This document shows, piece by piece, positions 12,446-25,735 of a DNA stretch of 64,000 nucleotides. Both the position numbers and the translations under genes were made by a program. Each line of letters begins with the position of its first letter. Position 1 is the first letter of the stretch. The notes beneath the pieces were generated by a model. That model did not search any database. It had not been told where the DNA came from and saw nothing but the letters and a program-made list of their open reading frames with translations. The stretch is from Octopus vulgaris. Lineage: Eukaryota. The stretch spans positions 67,208,001 through 67,272,000 of the forward strand of contig OX597820.1 of NCBI GenBank assembly GCA_951406725.2, read 5' to 3'.

Positions 12446-13111
12446 GATCTTCTGTAGTATTCTTCGAAGGTAACTCCTTCGTCAGAGTTCGTATTTGAAC
12501 TCTTATGGAATTCGCGACAGAGTCTAGTGAGAACACTTTTTCTGACGACTTCAGTAATTGCAGAATTTTTTGCTGTAATATTATTTATTGTTGTTGTCGT
12601 TGCTTCTGTTGTTGCTCTTGCAGGTATATCTCCTGCTGCTGTTGGTCTTTCAGTTGCTGTTGTTGCTGTTTTTGCAACTCGAGTAAACCGGCCAACAAAT
12701 TTTCCATAATTTTACGATTTTTTTCGTAAAATTTGCACAACAAAAACTTTTGTGAGTCTGTTAACTCCTCGTGAGTTGCTCAAATCTACGTCAAGTTTAT
12801 TAGTTTCTCGTGAGTTGTTAAAATCTTCGTCACCGCTGTTCATATTCCTTGAAATGTTGGATTGTTATAACGCCCTTTTTTGGTAGACAGTATACTTAGT
12901 AAAACCAGTAAAGACACCACTATTTCTGACCGTCCACTACGTATTCTCTTTATTTATAGTAACTAAGTTATTCTATTCGTCACGTGGGAGGGGTATACCA
13001 CTATTACTTATTCCCTACAACAATAAGTAATGTAGTGTGTCATATATTTGTTTTTGCACATAGTATTGTTCTAGAGAATGTTTAAGAAAACTAAAGAAAA
13101 TTATAAATTAT

Positions 13112-13272
13112 AGGTAGGAGTGGCTGTGTGGTAAGTAGCTTGCTTACCAACCACATAGTTCCGGGTTCAGTCCCACTGCATGACACCTTGGGCAAGTGTC
13201 TTCTACTATAGCCTCAGGCCGACCAAAGCCTTGTAAGTGGATTTGGTAGACGGAAACTAAAAGAAGCCCGTC

Positions 13273-13328
<56 letters not shown>

Positions 13329-13537
13329 ATGTATGTATGTGTATATGCTTGTCCCCCCCCCCGACATCGCTTGACAACCGATGCTGGTGTGTTTACATAC
13401 CCGTAACTTAGCGGTTCGACAAAAGAGATCGATAACATAAGTACTCGGCTTACAAAGAATAAGTCCTGGGGTCGATTTGCTCAACTAAAAGGCGGTGCTC
13501 CAGCATGGCCACAGTCAAATGACTGAAACAAGTAAAT
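13112..13537 (+). mobile_element. SINE family A
   Basis: Full-length copy; further copies or fragments at ~4600-4960(-), 6400-6600(-), 16160-16555(+), 16600-17070(+), 19497-19820(+), 21880-22420(+), 41050-41190(+). Confidence 0.9.
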
Positions 13538-13784
13538 TATAAATTATAGACAGTATTTTACGTAAGATATGGGCAGTTGCTGTCATTCGTAGGGCACCTA
13601 TTATTATTATTATTATTATCATTATTATTATAGTAATAATTCTTCCAAATTTTGACGCAAGGCTAGTAATTTTAGTGGGGCAGGTCAACTCGATTACATC
13701 GCCACCACCACCCCAAGCTCAAATGATATACTTATTTCAGTGAACCCGAAAGGATAAAAGGCAAATAATAATAATAATAATAAT

Positions 13785-13815
<31 letters not shown>

Positions 13816-13932
13816 GTAATAATAATAGTAATAGTAAAAGTAATAGTAATAGTAATAGTAATAGTAATAATAATAATAATAATAATAGTAGTAATAATGA
13901 TAGTAATAGTAATAGTAATAGTAATAGTAATA

Positions 13933-13969
<37 letters not shown>

Positions 13970-14286
13970 TACACGTATTGAGAAGAGCATTGTCGATGTG
14001 AGAACTGTTGCTGCTCATGTATTTTAATTTAACTTTAAAAAAAAAAAAAATATGAACGAATACTACAGATATGCTTACCATGTTTGACCATAACCAGTTG
14101 ACCATGTCCTTTAGTGACTGACGATATGTGCATCTCTGATCACTAGCAGAAGTAGAGGGGGAACATCATAGTCGTGTGTTGAAAGGAATTCTTAGAGGTT
14201 TGGATAATTCACCTTTGGAAATATAGGTGGTTCATTCAACATCCTTAAACAATCCTTATTCAGGGACCTTTTGAGCGGGATGGGCT
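13970..14286 (+). mobile_element. 3' fragment of an R4/Dong-like non-LTR element within (TAA)n
   Basis: HVLRRALSM* (13972-14001) resembles the ORF end of RLE-type elements, followed by a 3' UTR; (TAA)n on both sides. Confidence 0.5.
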
Positions 14287-14338
14287 AATAATAATAATAA
14301 TGATAATAATAATGATGATGATAATAATGATGATAATA

Positions 14339-14381
<43 letters not shown>

Positions 14382-14410
14382 CGACGACGACGACGACAAT
14401 AATAATAATG

Positions 14411-14467
<57 letters not shown>

Positions 14468-14492
14468 TTCTTTACTATGTCTTCTATTTCAG

Positions 14493-14591
14493 GATGGACG
14501 AACAGCTCTGGCAATGGCAGCTGTCTCATCGAAAGACGATGTAGTGAAACTTCTTGTGTCCAAGAAAGCAGATGCCTTAATACCTGGAGGT
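14493..14591 (+). CDS. TRPN1: TRPN1 visible exon 1 (33 aa)
   Basis: tttcAG|DGRTALAMAAVSSKDDVVKLLVSKKADALIPGG|GTAAGT; 99 nt. Confidence 0.9.
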
Positions 14592-15351
14592 GTAAGTACC
14601 TTTAAAACAGATTTTATATATGAAGTCAATTGTACGTTCTAGCTTATAGAATAGAAATTATACACTTTAACAATATGAAGCCAATAATTTAAACAAACAT
14701 TCTTGATTGAGTTCGTCATGCTTTCATATGCGAAGCTATCTACTGCTTGATTACACCCGGATTATACCTCGATCAGGCATACACGTATTCATACAATCAT
14801 GCAAATCTTCACAAACGATTGCCGTCTCTTTTGCTTCATCGTTGTCAATGGCATTTCTGACACTCTATCCATGACTTCCCGGGTGACTATGCAGTCCCGA
14901 TACAAATTTCAATAACTGCACTTTCAGTTAATTCGGTCTACACATATCACCACTCTTCCATTGTCTTAGGTCTTTCGGTTGATGGAATCACGAATGAGGT
15001 CACAATGAAGAGACATCTGTACATCATTGGATTATAATGATAAGCTCTTGTACAACACGAGCGCCACATTCAGAATCTCTATGATTAGTAAACTAGTGAC
15101 AGGCCGAAGCGAGATGAACAGTAAATCATGTGAAACCGCAAGATTTACACCAGAGTGTCCCTCTCCACGAAGTAAGCTGTGAGAACAGCCAGGCGCTAAT
15201 CACTCCCGGTGATTTTAGTTGGATGCCTGTTGACTCGCCTGAGTTCATCCACTCTTTTACGGGTCTTGTCTTTCATCCCGTTTGGTGTGCAAAAAGTACG
15301 CTACTATCCAAGCAGGTTTGGTGGTTTAGTTGCCGACGACCCGACTATGCA

Positions 15352-15426
15352 ACAGATTGAATTACATGTTACTAGTAGCGCTCAAGAGTGACCAGGCATG
15401 ACATATAGTCATACATACATACAGAC

Positions 15427-15490
<64 letters not shown>

Positions 15491-15635
15491 TGACTGACAG
15501 ATAGATAGACACAGACATACATGCATACATACATACACATGCATACATACATGTATGTATATATACATACATACAGATTGAATTACATGTTACTAGTAGC
15601 GCTCAAGAGCGACCAGGCATGACCAGGCATGACAT
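15352..15635. repeat. Local direct duplication of ~53 bp separated by microsatellites
   Basis: ACAGATTGAATTACATGTTACTAGTAGCGCTCAAGAGYGACCAGGCATGAC at 15352 and 15573. Confidence 0.9.
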
Positions 15636-16753
15636 GCATGCATACATACATGCATACATATACACAGATATACATACATACATACACACACATACATGCA
15701 TACACACATACATACACACACATACAAACACACATACATACACACACATACATACACACACACACATATATACATGCATACATACATACATGCATACTTA
15801 CATACACACTTACATACGTACATGTATACTTACATACATGCATGCATACACACAAACATACATACACACACACACACATACATACATTCATATACACATG
15901 CGTCCATACCATATTGACTCACACATACATGCTTGTAAGCATACACACATTCATACATACGAAACGCATACAGAGAAACAGAATGAAGGGGAGAGAGAGA
16001 AAGAGAATGAGGGGAAGGGAGACAGACAGACAGACCAAGACGCACTCACAGATTTATAAATTCGTACAGCATCCTACTAAGCATTCACAAATGCTCGTGT
16101 ATATACGCATTATCTTTCTCTTCCCAACGCATATATACAGTCTCTTTCTCTAAAAGTTTTGAGTAGCTGTGTGGTAAGTAGCTTGCTTACCAACCACATG
16201 GTTCTGAGTACAGTCCCACTGCGTGGCACCTTGGGCAAGTGTCTTCTACTATAGCCTCGTACCGACCAAAGTCTTGTGAGTGGATTTGGTAGACGGAAAC
16301 TGAAAGAAGCCCGTCGTATATATATGTGTATGTGCGTGTGTACCTGTGTATACGTTTGTGGGTCTGTGTTTGTTCCCCCAACATTGCTTGACAACCGATG
16401 CTAGTGTGTTTACGTCCCCATAACTTAGCGGTTCGGCAAAAGTGACCAATAGAATAAGTACTAGTCTTACAAAGAATAAGTCCTGGGATCGATTTGCTCG
16501 ACTAAAGGCCAGAGTCAAATGACTGAAACAAGTAAAATAGTAAAAGCGTAAAAAGTAACAGATGCATAAAACAGACACATAAAACTATAGAACCCTACGC
16601 AGCGGATAGCTAGCTTGGTGGTTAAGAAGTTTACTTTACAGCCATATATTTCCGAGATCGATCCCACTGTGCGACATATATTTCTTATGTAATGGCTGTC
16701 GATTTGTATATAGATGAGTATGACCATCACTGACAAAGCAAAGCCTATGCATA

Positions 16754-16827
<74 letters not shown>

Positions 16828-17993
16828 ATGAATAGATGTATATATGTGTGTGTATATGCTTGTATGTCTGTGTTTGTCCCCACCATCGCTTGACAAACGA
16901 TGCTGGTGTGTTTGTGTCTCTGTAACTTAGCGGTTCAGCAAAATAACGATAGAATAAGTACTAGGCTTACAAAGAATAAATCCTGGGGTCGATTTCTTCA
17001 ACAAAAAACTCTTTAATGCGGTGCTCCAGCACGGTCACAGTCAAATGACTGAAACAAATAAAAGATAAAACATTTATGTGCGCGCGTGTGTGTGTGTATG
17101 TGTGTGTATGCATGTGTGTGTATGTGTGTATGTGCGTGGATGAGTGGTTAAGAAGTTTGTACCACACCAGCGAGGTCCCAGATTTATTGTGAGTGCGATG
17201 TATCTTGGCCGTATATCTTACAGCTGTTTCTGGGATATCTCTGAGTATGGGATATTCTGTCATTAGAGACAAATGGGGAAAATGAGAAGCGTATAGAATA
17301 ATAAAATGATGACATAGAGGACAGGAGTAAAGGAATAAGGAGATGAAGAAAGAGAAGGAAAAGAAGCATAAAAGTTCATAATTCAACTTTCCGATCTTGT
17401 AGAAATAAGTCCATAAGTCCTTAGATACTATCCTGCATAATTGTCCACTCTAACAATTATATTCATGTATGTATGTATGTATGTATGTATGTATGTATGT
17501 ATGTATGTATGTATGTATGTATGTATGTATGTATGTATGCACATATATATGATGGCCGCTTCTTGTAGTCTGCAATTTCTTCTTGCTGAACAATCTGCAC
17601 AACAGATTTGTCTACAGTGATAAGATGTATGTGCTGTACGTCAGATCGACGTTGCTTAAACTGGTGTCGTAATGTTAGCAGAGCAACGTAAGATGAAGTG
17701 ATTTGCTCAAGAAGACCACACCTTACTACTCGGCTAGGATTTGAAACCTTGATCTTGCGATCTTGAGTGCAACATCCTAACCACTAAGCTATGCGCCCCC
17801 ATATGTATATATGTACGTATGTATATGTATATTTGTGTATACATATATATATACATATATACATACATCTATATACACATACATACATATATATATATAA
17901 ATACATACATACATGCATACTTACATATATAAATACATATGTGTGTGAGTATATATATGTATATATATATATATACTCATACACAGAAATACA

Positions 17994-18075
<82 letters not shown>

Positions 18076-18244
18076 CACACAAAAATATACATACATGCAT
18101 ATATACACACATACATACATACACACACTCCTACTCATACAGATGTGAACTGATACGTTTTTGTATAAGCGCATTTTTATTTATTTGTATTTGTACGAGT
18201 ATGTATGCATATGGGTGTGTGTGTGTGTGTGTGTGCGTGCGTGT

Positions 18245-18311
<67 letters not shown>

Positions 18312-20251
18312 GCAGTATTTGTGCAGAGAGATACCATCAAAATAGCCTCTAAACCTTGAAAACACAGAAGCCAGCTATAAGCTTCGAGACTTACAGCATT
18401 CGCCCTCGTTTGACATGACATAACCCCATCGTTCATTCTCTATTTTTTTCCTGTCTCTCTTTTCATATAAATCCACCAAATTCTTCTTTTTGTTATAAAT
18501 CTATTCATCAAAACAAAAGATAGTGTAAGACATACAATGCCCTCTTGACCACTTCATATCATCCCTCACTTATGTTTTTTCTTGTTCAGTCATAGGTCAA
18601 TTGAGCCATCAAACCATATAAATTTTGCACTGCACACAAATGCCTCTTAATTCAAATCTACCGAAATTTCTAAACATTCGTAGCACCACTTCCTTTGGAT
18701 TTTTTCTACTTTTTTTGCTTTATTCATTTATCCTCCATTTTGTCTTCTTTCTCCTCCTCCTCCCCCTATCCTTCTCTTTCTCTCTCGTCATTATAATCTT
18801 CGTTTTCACCTCCTTCTTCCTCTTTTCTCCTTCCCATGTTGCTACCGTCCATGAGAATGATGATGATGATGATGATGAGCATGACGCTTATCATTGTTTT
18901 CCTTTCTAATTCTTCTTTTCTTTCTTATTAATCTTGTACGTTTCCTTCTTCTCTTCTTCCACCTACGTCTTCTTTCGTTTTTCTTCTTCATTGTCTCTTT
19001 TTCTTTCTTTTTCTTCTTCTTTTTCTTCTGCTTTTTGTGTCTTCTTTCCACTTCCCTGCTTGTTTTCTCCTTTTTCGTTACAGCTCTCTATTTTTTGTAT
19101 TTTATAAAAAAAAAAGAAATTCCTTTATTTCTCTCTTCTCTTTCCTTTGCCCACACATTATTAACTACCAGTACGTTTGACCAATAAACCCTGTCAAAGT
19201 TTGTAACCATTAATCTCTGCTTCATAAATCGTCTGAGGACCGGAAACAAGAAACCTCGACCAACGGCCCACACAGCCTCGCCTTTAAATAAACAACACTA
19301 TTCTACTGTACTTAACAATAATGAGTGCATTTTCGCTTAATTGCAAAGCATACTAATGCAAATCCACCATATCTTATAATACAGTTTCTCTATTACTATA
19401 ATCCTTTGTATTTATGTGAATATAAAGGCGGTGCTCCAGCATGGCCACAGTCAAATGACTGAAACAAGTAAAAGAGTAAAAGAGAGAGTATACATACAGG
19501 CACAGTCGTGGCTGTGTGGTAAAAAGCTTGCTTCCCAACCAAATGGTTCTTAGTTCAGTCCCACTAAGTAGCACCTTGGGCAAGTATCTTCTACTATAGC
19601 TTTGGGCTGACCAAAGTGGATTTGATAGACAGAAATTGTGCTTGTCTCCCCACCGATGCTGGTGTGTTTACGTTCCTGTAACTTAGCGGTTCGGCAAAAG
19701 AGACCGATAGAATAAGTACTAGGCTTACAAAGAATAAATCCTGGGGTCGATTTGTTCGACTAAAGGCTGTGCGCCAACATGGCCGCAGGCAAATGACTGA
19801 AGCAAGCAAAAGAATGAAAGAATATATCTGCTTCCTTCTCTCTTTCACTCTCTTAATTTATATAAGTCCGTGTGTGTGTATATACACACAAGTGAGTAGA
19901 TAAACGAAAGAACGGCACTCAACACACTTATTAGGAGTTACATGTATAGATCAGACTCCTTGGTACTCTGAATTTCAAGTGTGTGGCTAGTCTTCAGAAC
20001 TCAATGGCCGAAGGCTTGCCACACGCTTGAAACTCTCTCTCTCTCTCACTGTATATATACATATACATATATAATCACCCGAAATTGCGAGGATGATCTG
20101 GTTCTTGACTGAGGATAGAAAGCTTTGAATGACCCGTCCTTGTTTTTTTGTATCGTCTATCTGGATGTTTTGCTATCCCTTTTTGTATCACCTAGTTGTC
20201 CGGATGTTTTGCGTTCTTGTCCCATTTTGTATTATATATATATATAACCTG

Positions 20252-20295
<44 letters not shown>

Positions 20296-20554
20296 GTACA
20301 GGTTAGTAGAGTTAGAGGATGGAATAACTGTCTAAGGGATAAAGGTATCTGTTATACTGCTGGCATAATTACCTATGTTAACCTATGAGCATAATAATCA
20401 AGCATATTATGCTCATAGGTTACAGGCAATGACAAATATAAACATGAGTTTATCAGAAATCAAATTTAAAGTAAACAGGAAAGGGGAAAATATTGATCAA
20501 CAACAATTGACTAACATCAATTATTACATTTTAATTCACTGCAGATTTACTGTA

Positions 20555-20680
20555 TCCCATCTAACAGCTGTTTCTGCTTCCAATGTGATATAGTATTGCC
20601 ATTGAAAATTCTGAAAATAATATTCATCATATTTGGTAATACATCCGATCTGGAACATGGAGCGTCATCAGAGTGAAGAA
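20555..20680 (-). ncRNA. Type I hammerhead ribozyme motif with long stem II loop
   Basis: Minus strand: ttcact CTGATGA c GCTCCA...TGGAAGC a GAAA CAGCTG TT agatggg; palindrome AACAGCTGTT; GUU triplet; weak stem I. Confidence 0.65.
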
Positions 20681-21441
20681 AAATACATAAAGGAGAAGAA
20701 AATTAGGGTTAGGGCTTCGAGAGGAAGATTAAAGGCTGAATATGTTTAAATCATACTATTTTGTTTATGTGTCGCTTTGGGACTTTGAGTAAATGACTAA
20801 ACTTAAAATAGTAATTGGTGGGTTAATTTTTTTTATGGGGGTAACAGGGTGGATAAGTAATAAAAATTTTTTACAAGAACGGGATACGCCAATAGGTTTA
20901 GAGAAAGAGGGAGTGAGAGTGCCATAACGTTTTGAAAGAATCATAATAATAAACTACTTTTCCATACTTTTATTATTTATTTATTTATTTATTTACATCT
21001 ACCCGTATAACGGTCTTAGTAGCTTGCCCTTTGTTTTCAAATGTAACTGACCACTTATATCGAACGCTGGACCTTGGTCTATCCCATTACGGGCAATAGG
21101 TGGTTGGACTTTACGACATATCAGTAAGTAAATAATTGAAATTAATTGTTGAGCACTTTATTATGATTAACTATTAATTAGTACTGAAAGCATAATTATT
21201 AAGAACTATTATGATTGCTCCTTTGCTTTGCAAAATACAATTTTCCGCACTTGTTTATATTTCTATAAATTTTTTCTAAATCTATTTCAGTAAAAAAATA
21301 TGTATGTTTTCGTCAAATATTTACTTTGTGCAGCTCAACGTACGTACCACACTATAAGTAATAGAACATATATATGAAACACAAGACACTTAACTCTGTT
21401 TTTCAAGCATCTTTATCTCGTTTTCTGTTTTCCTTTTACAG

Positions 21442-21555
21442 CCCAAGAAGAACATACCGCTGCACTGGGCAAGTTCAAAACCTAACCCAACGATAGGTAT
21501 CATTACTTGCCTATTAAAATCCGTCGGTGCTGACACGACTTTAAATACCAATCAG
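21442..21555 (+). CDS. TRPN1: TRPN1 visible exon 2 (38 aa)
   Basis: ttacAG|PKKNIPLHWASSKPNPTIGIITCLLKSVGADTTLNTNQ|GTACGA; 114 nt. Confidence 0.85.
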
Positions 21556-23181
21556 GTACGATAAACATCTTCAACGCTTCTTCTCTGCCTCCTTTTTCGT
21601 GATTGTTAATATTTTTCTCCTCCTTCTCCTCCTCATCATAAACGTAATTATAATAATCCTATCGGCTGCTTCGTCCATCTTCTTTAACATTGTTTCATTC
21701 GCATGAGCGTTTTACTATTCTTTCAGTGTTGTGGACTTTATCCTCTATTTATCCTCATTTGCCATGTTTGTGTGTATGTGTGGTAGTCGTAAATTAGGCT
21801 AGCACCTTTGTGAGTAGCCTAATTTGCATGTTTGTGCTTTTGATTGCACATCATTGATTAAGTGATATCTATTTTATGCACTTCACATGGTTCGGGGTTC
21901 AGTCCCACTATTTGGAACCTTAGGCAAGTGTTTTCTTATTTCTTTACTGGCCACAAGGGGCTAAACACAGAGGGGACAAACAAGGACAGACACACGGATT
22001 AAGTCGATTATATCGGCCCCAGTGCGTAACTGGTACTTATTTAATCGACCCCGAAAGGATGAAAGGCAAAGTCGACCTCGGCGGAATTTGAACTCAGAAC
22101 GTAGCGGCAGCCGAAATACCGCTAAGCATTTCGCCCGGCGTGCTAACGTTTCTGCCAGCTCGCTGCCTTCTGCCATAGCCTCGGGCCTACCAAAATCTTG
22201 TGAGTGGATTTGAGCGTCTGTGTTTGTTCCTCCGCCATCGCTTGACAACCGCTGTCGGTGTGTTTACGTCCCCGTAACCTTGCGGTTCAGCGAAATCGAC
22301 CGATAGAATAAGTACTAGGCTTACAAAGAATAATTACTGGGTCGATTTATTCGACTAAAAGCGGTGCTCCAGAATGGCCGCAATTAAAATGACTGAAACA
22401 AGTAAAAGAAAAAGGAAAAAAAGAATATTCAGTCAATGCTTTAGGATTGCAGAAAAAAGAATGGGAGAAGGAGTCTCTTCACGAACTTTTTCACTGTTTG
22501 TTGACATCTTCACAGAGAAGTGAAGATGCTTCCTTCACTGGTTTCCTTTCCCGTGGATAGCGTAGAGCATTCAACTGTATAATAAAGCAGTTTTAAGTGA
22601 GGCTAGTGCCGTAGTGGATAGTTTAATTTACATATTTTTGAACGTCATTAATTGGACATTATAAAGCTGCCAAGATCATTAGCGCGTCGAGAAAATACTT
22701 CGCGGCATTCCTTTGTATTTTACATTCTGAGTTCTAATTCCGCCAAGGTCGAATTTAATTTCATTCCCTCGGGATGGATAAAATAAGTACCACTTGAATA
22801 TTGGAGACGATATTATCGACTTACCCACTTCCCTGAAATTGCGGGCCTTGTGCCAAAATTTGAAACCAAAAACGGCGAGCTTGCAGAATCAATAACACGC
22901 CGGACAAAATGCTCAAATTTCTTCCGAGATCAGCATTGTATTTCATCCTTTTAAGGTCGATAAAATAACTACCAGTTAAGTACTGGTGTCGATGTAATCG
23001 TATTCCCCCTTTCCTCAATAACTTCTGGCTTTTTGCCATTAATTTAAAACCATATTTATCTTATGCAGTTTAATTGTTAAACATTATCCGTCTTATGTAG
23101 CCAGGCGACGAGCTGGCAGAAACGTTAGCACGCCGGGCGAAATGCTTAGCGGTATTTCGTCTGCCACTACGTTCTGAGTTC

Positions 23182-23341
23182 AAAGAAGGAATTAAAGAGG
23201 GGAGAAGAAAGAGAGCGTGCCAAGGATTGGCTTGGCGACAGAATCAGTGAGGTGCAAAGTGAGAAAGACAGAGAAATGTGAGAGAGTGGGGGAAGAGTAG
23301 ACCAAAGAATCAGAGGCAAGAAAAGAGAAAAGGAGGAGGAG

Positions 23342-23378
<37 letters not shown>

Positions 23379-23747
23379 CAGATCAAAGTAGAGTGCAAAG
23401 TGTGAAAGGCAGAGAAATGTAGGAGAGAGAGACGGTGTTATAGAGTCGTACCAAATTTAAAGAAATATGTACTTACATACAAGACCAAAAAGGGTACGGG
23501 CCTCGCTATACATATTATATGTAGAAAAATACAAACTGGCACAAGAACGTAAAACATTTAGAAGACGATACAAAAAACACGGACGGGACATTCGAAGCCT
23601 TCAATCGTCAGTCAAGAACCGGATCATCCTCACAATTTCGGCTGAAGCCTTGTATGTAAGTACATATTCCTTTAAATTTGGTATGACTCTATAACACTGT
23701 CTCTCTCTCCTACATTTCTCTGCCTTTCACACTTTCCACTCTACTTT

Positions 23748-23782
<35 letters not shown>

Positions 23783-24513
23783 CTCCTCCTTTTCTCTTTT
23801 TTGCCTCTGATTCTTTGGTCTACTCTTCCCCCACTCTCTCACATTTCTCTGTCTTTCTCACTTTGCACCTCACTGATTCTGTCGCCAAGCCAATCCTTGG
23901 CACGCTCTCTTTCTTCTCCCTCTTTAATTCCTTCTTTCTCTCTCTTCTCCCCCCTTTGGTGCCTTCGTCCATTTCTCTCTCTCTCTCTCTCTTTGATTCC
24001 TTTACCCCTTGTTTCTCTCTCTTCTCCTCTGACGTGACCGCTGGTCAACAAGCCTTTCGGCTTCTAACCAGCGCCACGAGAACATCGTTGTCTTCGTCTG
24101 CCGAAAAAGGCATTTTTTTCCAAATACGCCAGCTAAACTAAGTTGTACTGTCTTAGTCGTAAGACACCCACTGTTTTTGTCCTGTTATTACTATTATTGT
24201 TTTTTGAATTTATATTCGTGTGGCATCGTCCGTTTTTCTGTCCTTGTTTCGTATACATTCGATCTTTTTTCCAAGAAATCTAATGCTCGTAGCTTAGTTT
24301 TTCCTTGGGGCTGGCCGGATCGGAGCGACCTCAAGATTAATCAGCCGAAATTGCGAGGATGATCCGGTTCTTGACTGAAGATTGAAGGCTTCGAATGTCC
24401 CGTCCGTGTTTTTTGTATCGTCTTCTAAATGTTTTACGTTCTTGTCCCAGTTTGTATTTTTCTACATATAATATGTATAGCGACGCCCGTACCCTCTTTG
24501 GCCTTGTATGTAA

Positions 24514-24516
<3 letters not shown>
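23182..24516. mobile_element. Non-coding Penelope-like repeat: 854-bp monomer plus inverted partial copy
   Basis: Monomer 23648-24516 bounded by direct repeat CCTTGTATGTAAGTA; 23182-23645 is an inverted copy covering monomer end plus start; related fragments at 20075-20235 and 29120-29535. Confidence 0.75.
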
Positions 24517-24557
<41 letters not shown>

Positions 24558-24559
<2 letters not shown>

Positions 24560-24640
24560 GAAGAGAAGATTACATTGTTTTACACCACTTTATTCCTTTA
24601 GAATAATACCAGCGATATCTTCGAAACATGTGTCGGAAGT
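24558..24640 (+). ncRNA. 5'-truncated type I hammerhead motif
   Basis: aTGAAGA GAAGAT...ATCTTC GAAA CATGTG TC; perfect 6-bp stem II; C3 and the 5' strand of stem I replaced by (TA)n. Confidence 0.6.
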
Positions 24641-24684
24641 AAAATAATTTAAATAACACCTGCATTTAACTCCTTTTATTTATT

Positions 24685-24716
<32 letters not shown>

Positions 24717-24966
24717 TGTATGTATGTATGTATGTATGTATGTATGTATGTATGTATGTATATCGAACAGCATCACCCAATGTAGCCCTTTTTAAAAATT
24801 GGGTATTATTTAAAGATTTGGCTGTTGTTTCTTATTTCTGGAAGGCCCAGCGACCACATAGAAGCTCATTCGTCTTCGCATTTCTAATACTATGATATGT
24901 ATGATTGATATAAATAACATCCTCATCGCAAGCTCCGCTTTCCAACATATTGTTCTTTCAATGCAG

Positions 24967-25071
24967 GATTCCCACACAGCTTTGATGTTAGCTGTCCTAT
25001 CTGATAATGTTGCCGCATGCAAGGAACTCATTCGAGTTGGGAATAAACAGCAACTATACATAAAAACTAAG
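24967..25071 (+). CDS. TRPN1: TRPN1 visible exon 3 (35 aa)
   Basis: atgcAG|DSHTALMLAVLSDNVAACKELIRVGNKQQLYIKTK|GTATAA; 105 nt. Confidence 0.88.
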
Positions 25072-25076
25072 GTATA

Positions 25077-25139
<63 letters not shown>

Positions 25140-25412
25140 GCCTTTGCACAGCTTCTAACGCTGGAGATGCACTATGGTGTCAGCTGTTCACTACCAGTGA
25201 ACTAAGGTAACACCTCTTATTTTTCGAGCACCTTCCGGAGTATTCGAGAGGTTCCACCCTTATTGCAGCCCCTATTTGTTTCACGTACTTCTCGAGATTT
25301 TTGCTCACTGTTTCCAGAGCTCCGACAATTATTATTGGTACTACCACTACCTTTTTCATCGACCACAACTGCTTAACTTCCCAAGCTAACCTGTCATATC
25401 TGTCGACTTTTT
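25140..25412 (-). mobile_element. 3' fragment of an R4/Dong-like (restriction-like endonuclease) retrotransposon within (TAA)n
   Basis: VDRYDRLAWEVKQLWSMKKVVVVPIIIVGALETVSKNLEKY matches the RLE C-terminal pattern; flanked by (TTA)n on both sides. Confidence 0.8.
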
Positions 25413-25413
25413 A

Positions 25414-25474
<61 letters not shown>

Positions 25475-25595
25475 CAACCGTGCCTTTCATCATTTCGAGG
25501 TCGATAAAGTAAGAACCAGTTGAGCATTAGGGTTTGATGCAATCGACAAGCTCCTTAGAAATTGTTGGCCTTGTGCCTAAATTTGAAACCATTAC

Positions 25596-25665
<70 letters not shown>

Positions 25666-25685
25666 TGTAGTAGTAGTAGTAGTAC

Positions 25686-25735
<50 letters not shown>

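Larger units (their letters stand above)
10607..13022 (-). mobile_element. Internally deleted Ty3/Gypsy (Mag-like) LTR retrotransposon
   Basis: ~180-bp LTRs at 10607-10789 and 12837-13019; PPT AAAAGGGGAGA (minus strand, 10790-10800); PBS-like CGGTGACGAAGAT; possible ATAAG TSD; integrase fragment RLHINFAGP..VDSFSKWPE..LFARFGIPDKIMSDNG and gag fragment SLFNTRWKCL. Confidence 0.88.

Noticed and set aside
24300-24400. Hammerhead-like arrangement in the 854-bp family (GGCTGG/TCAGCC before GAAA; CTGAAGA downstream)
   Set aside because: No CUGANGA before the stem and no valid NUH or stem I geometry in any of three copies; a non-canonical ribozyme is not excluded.
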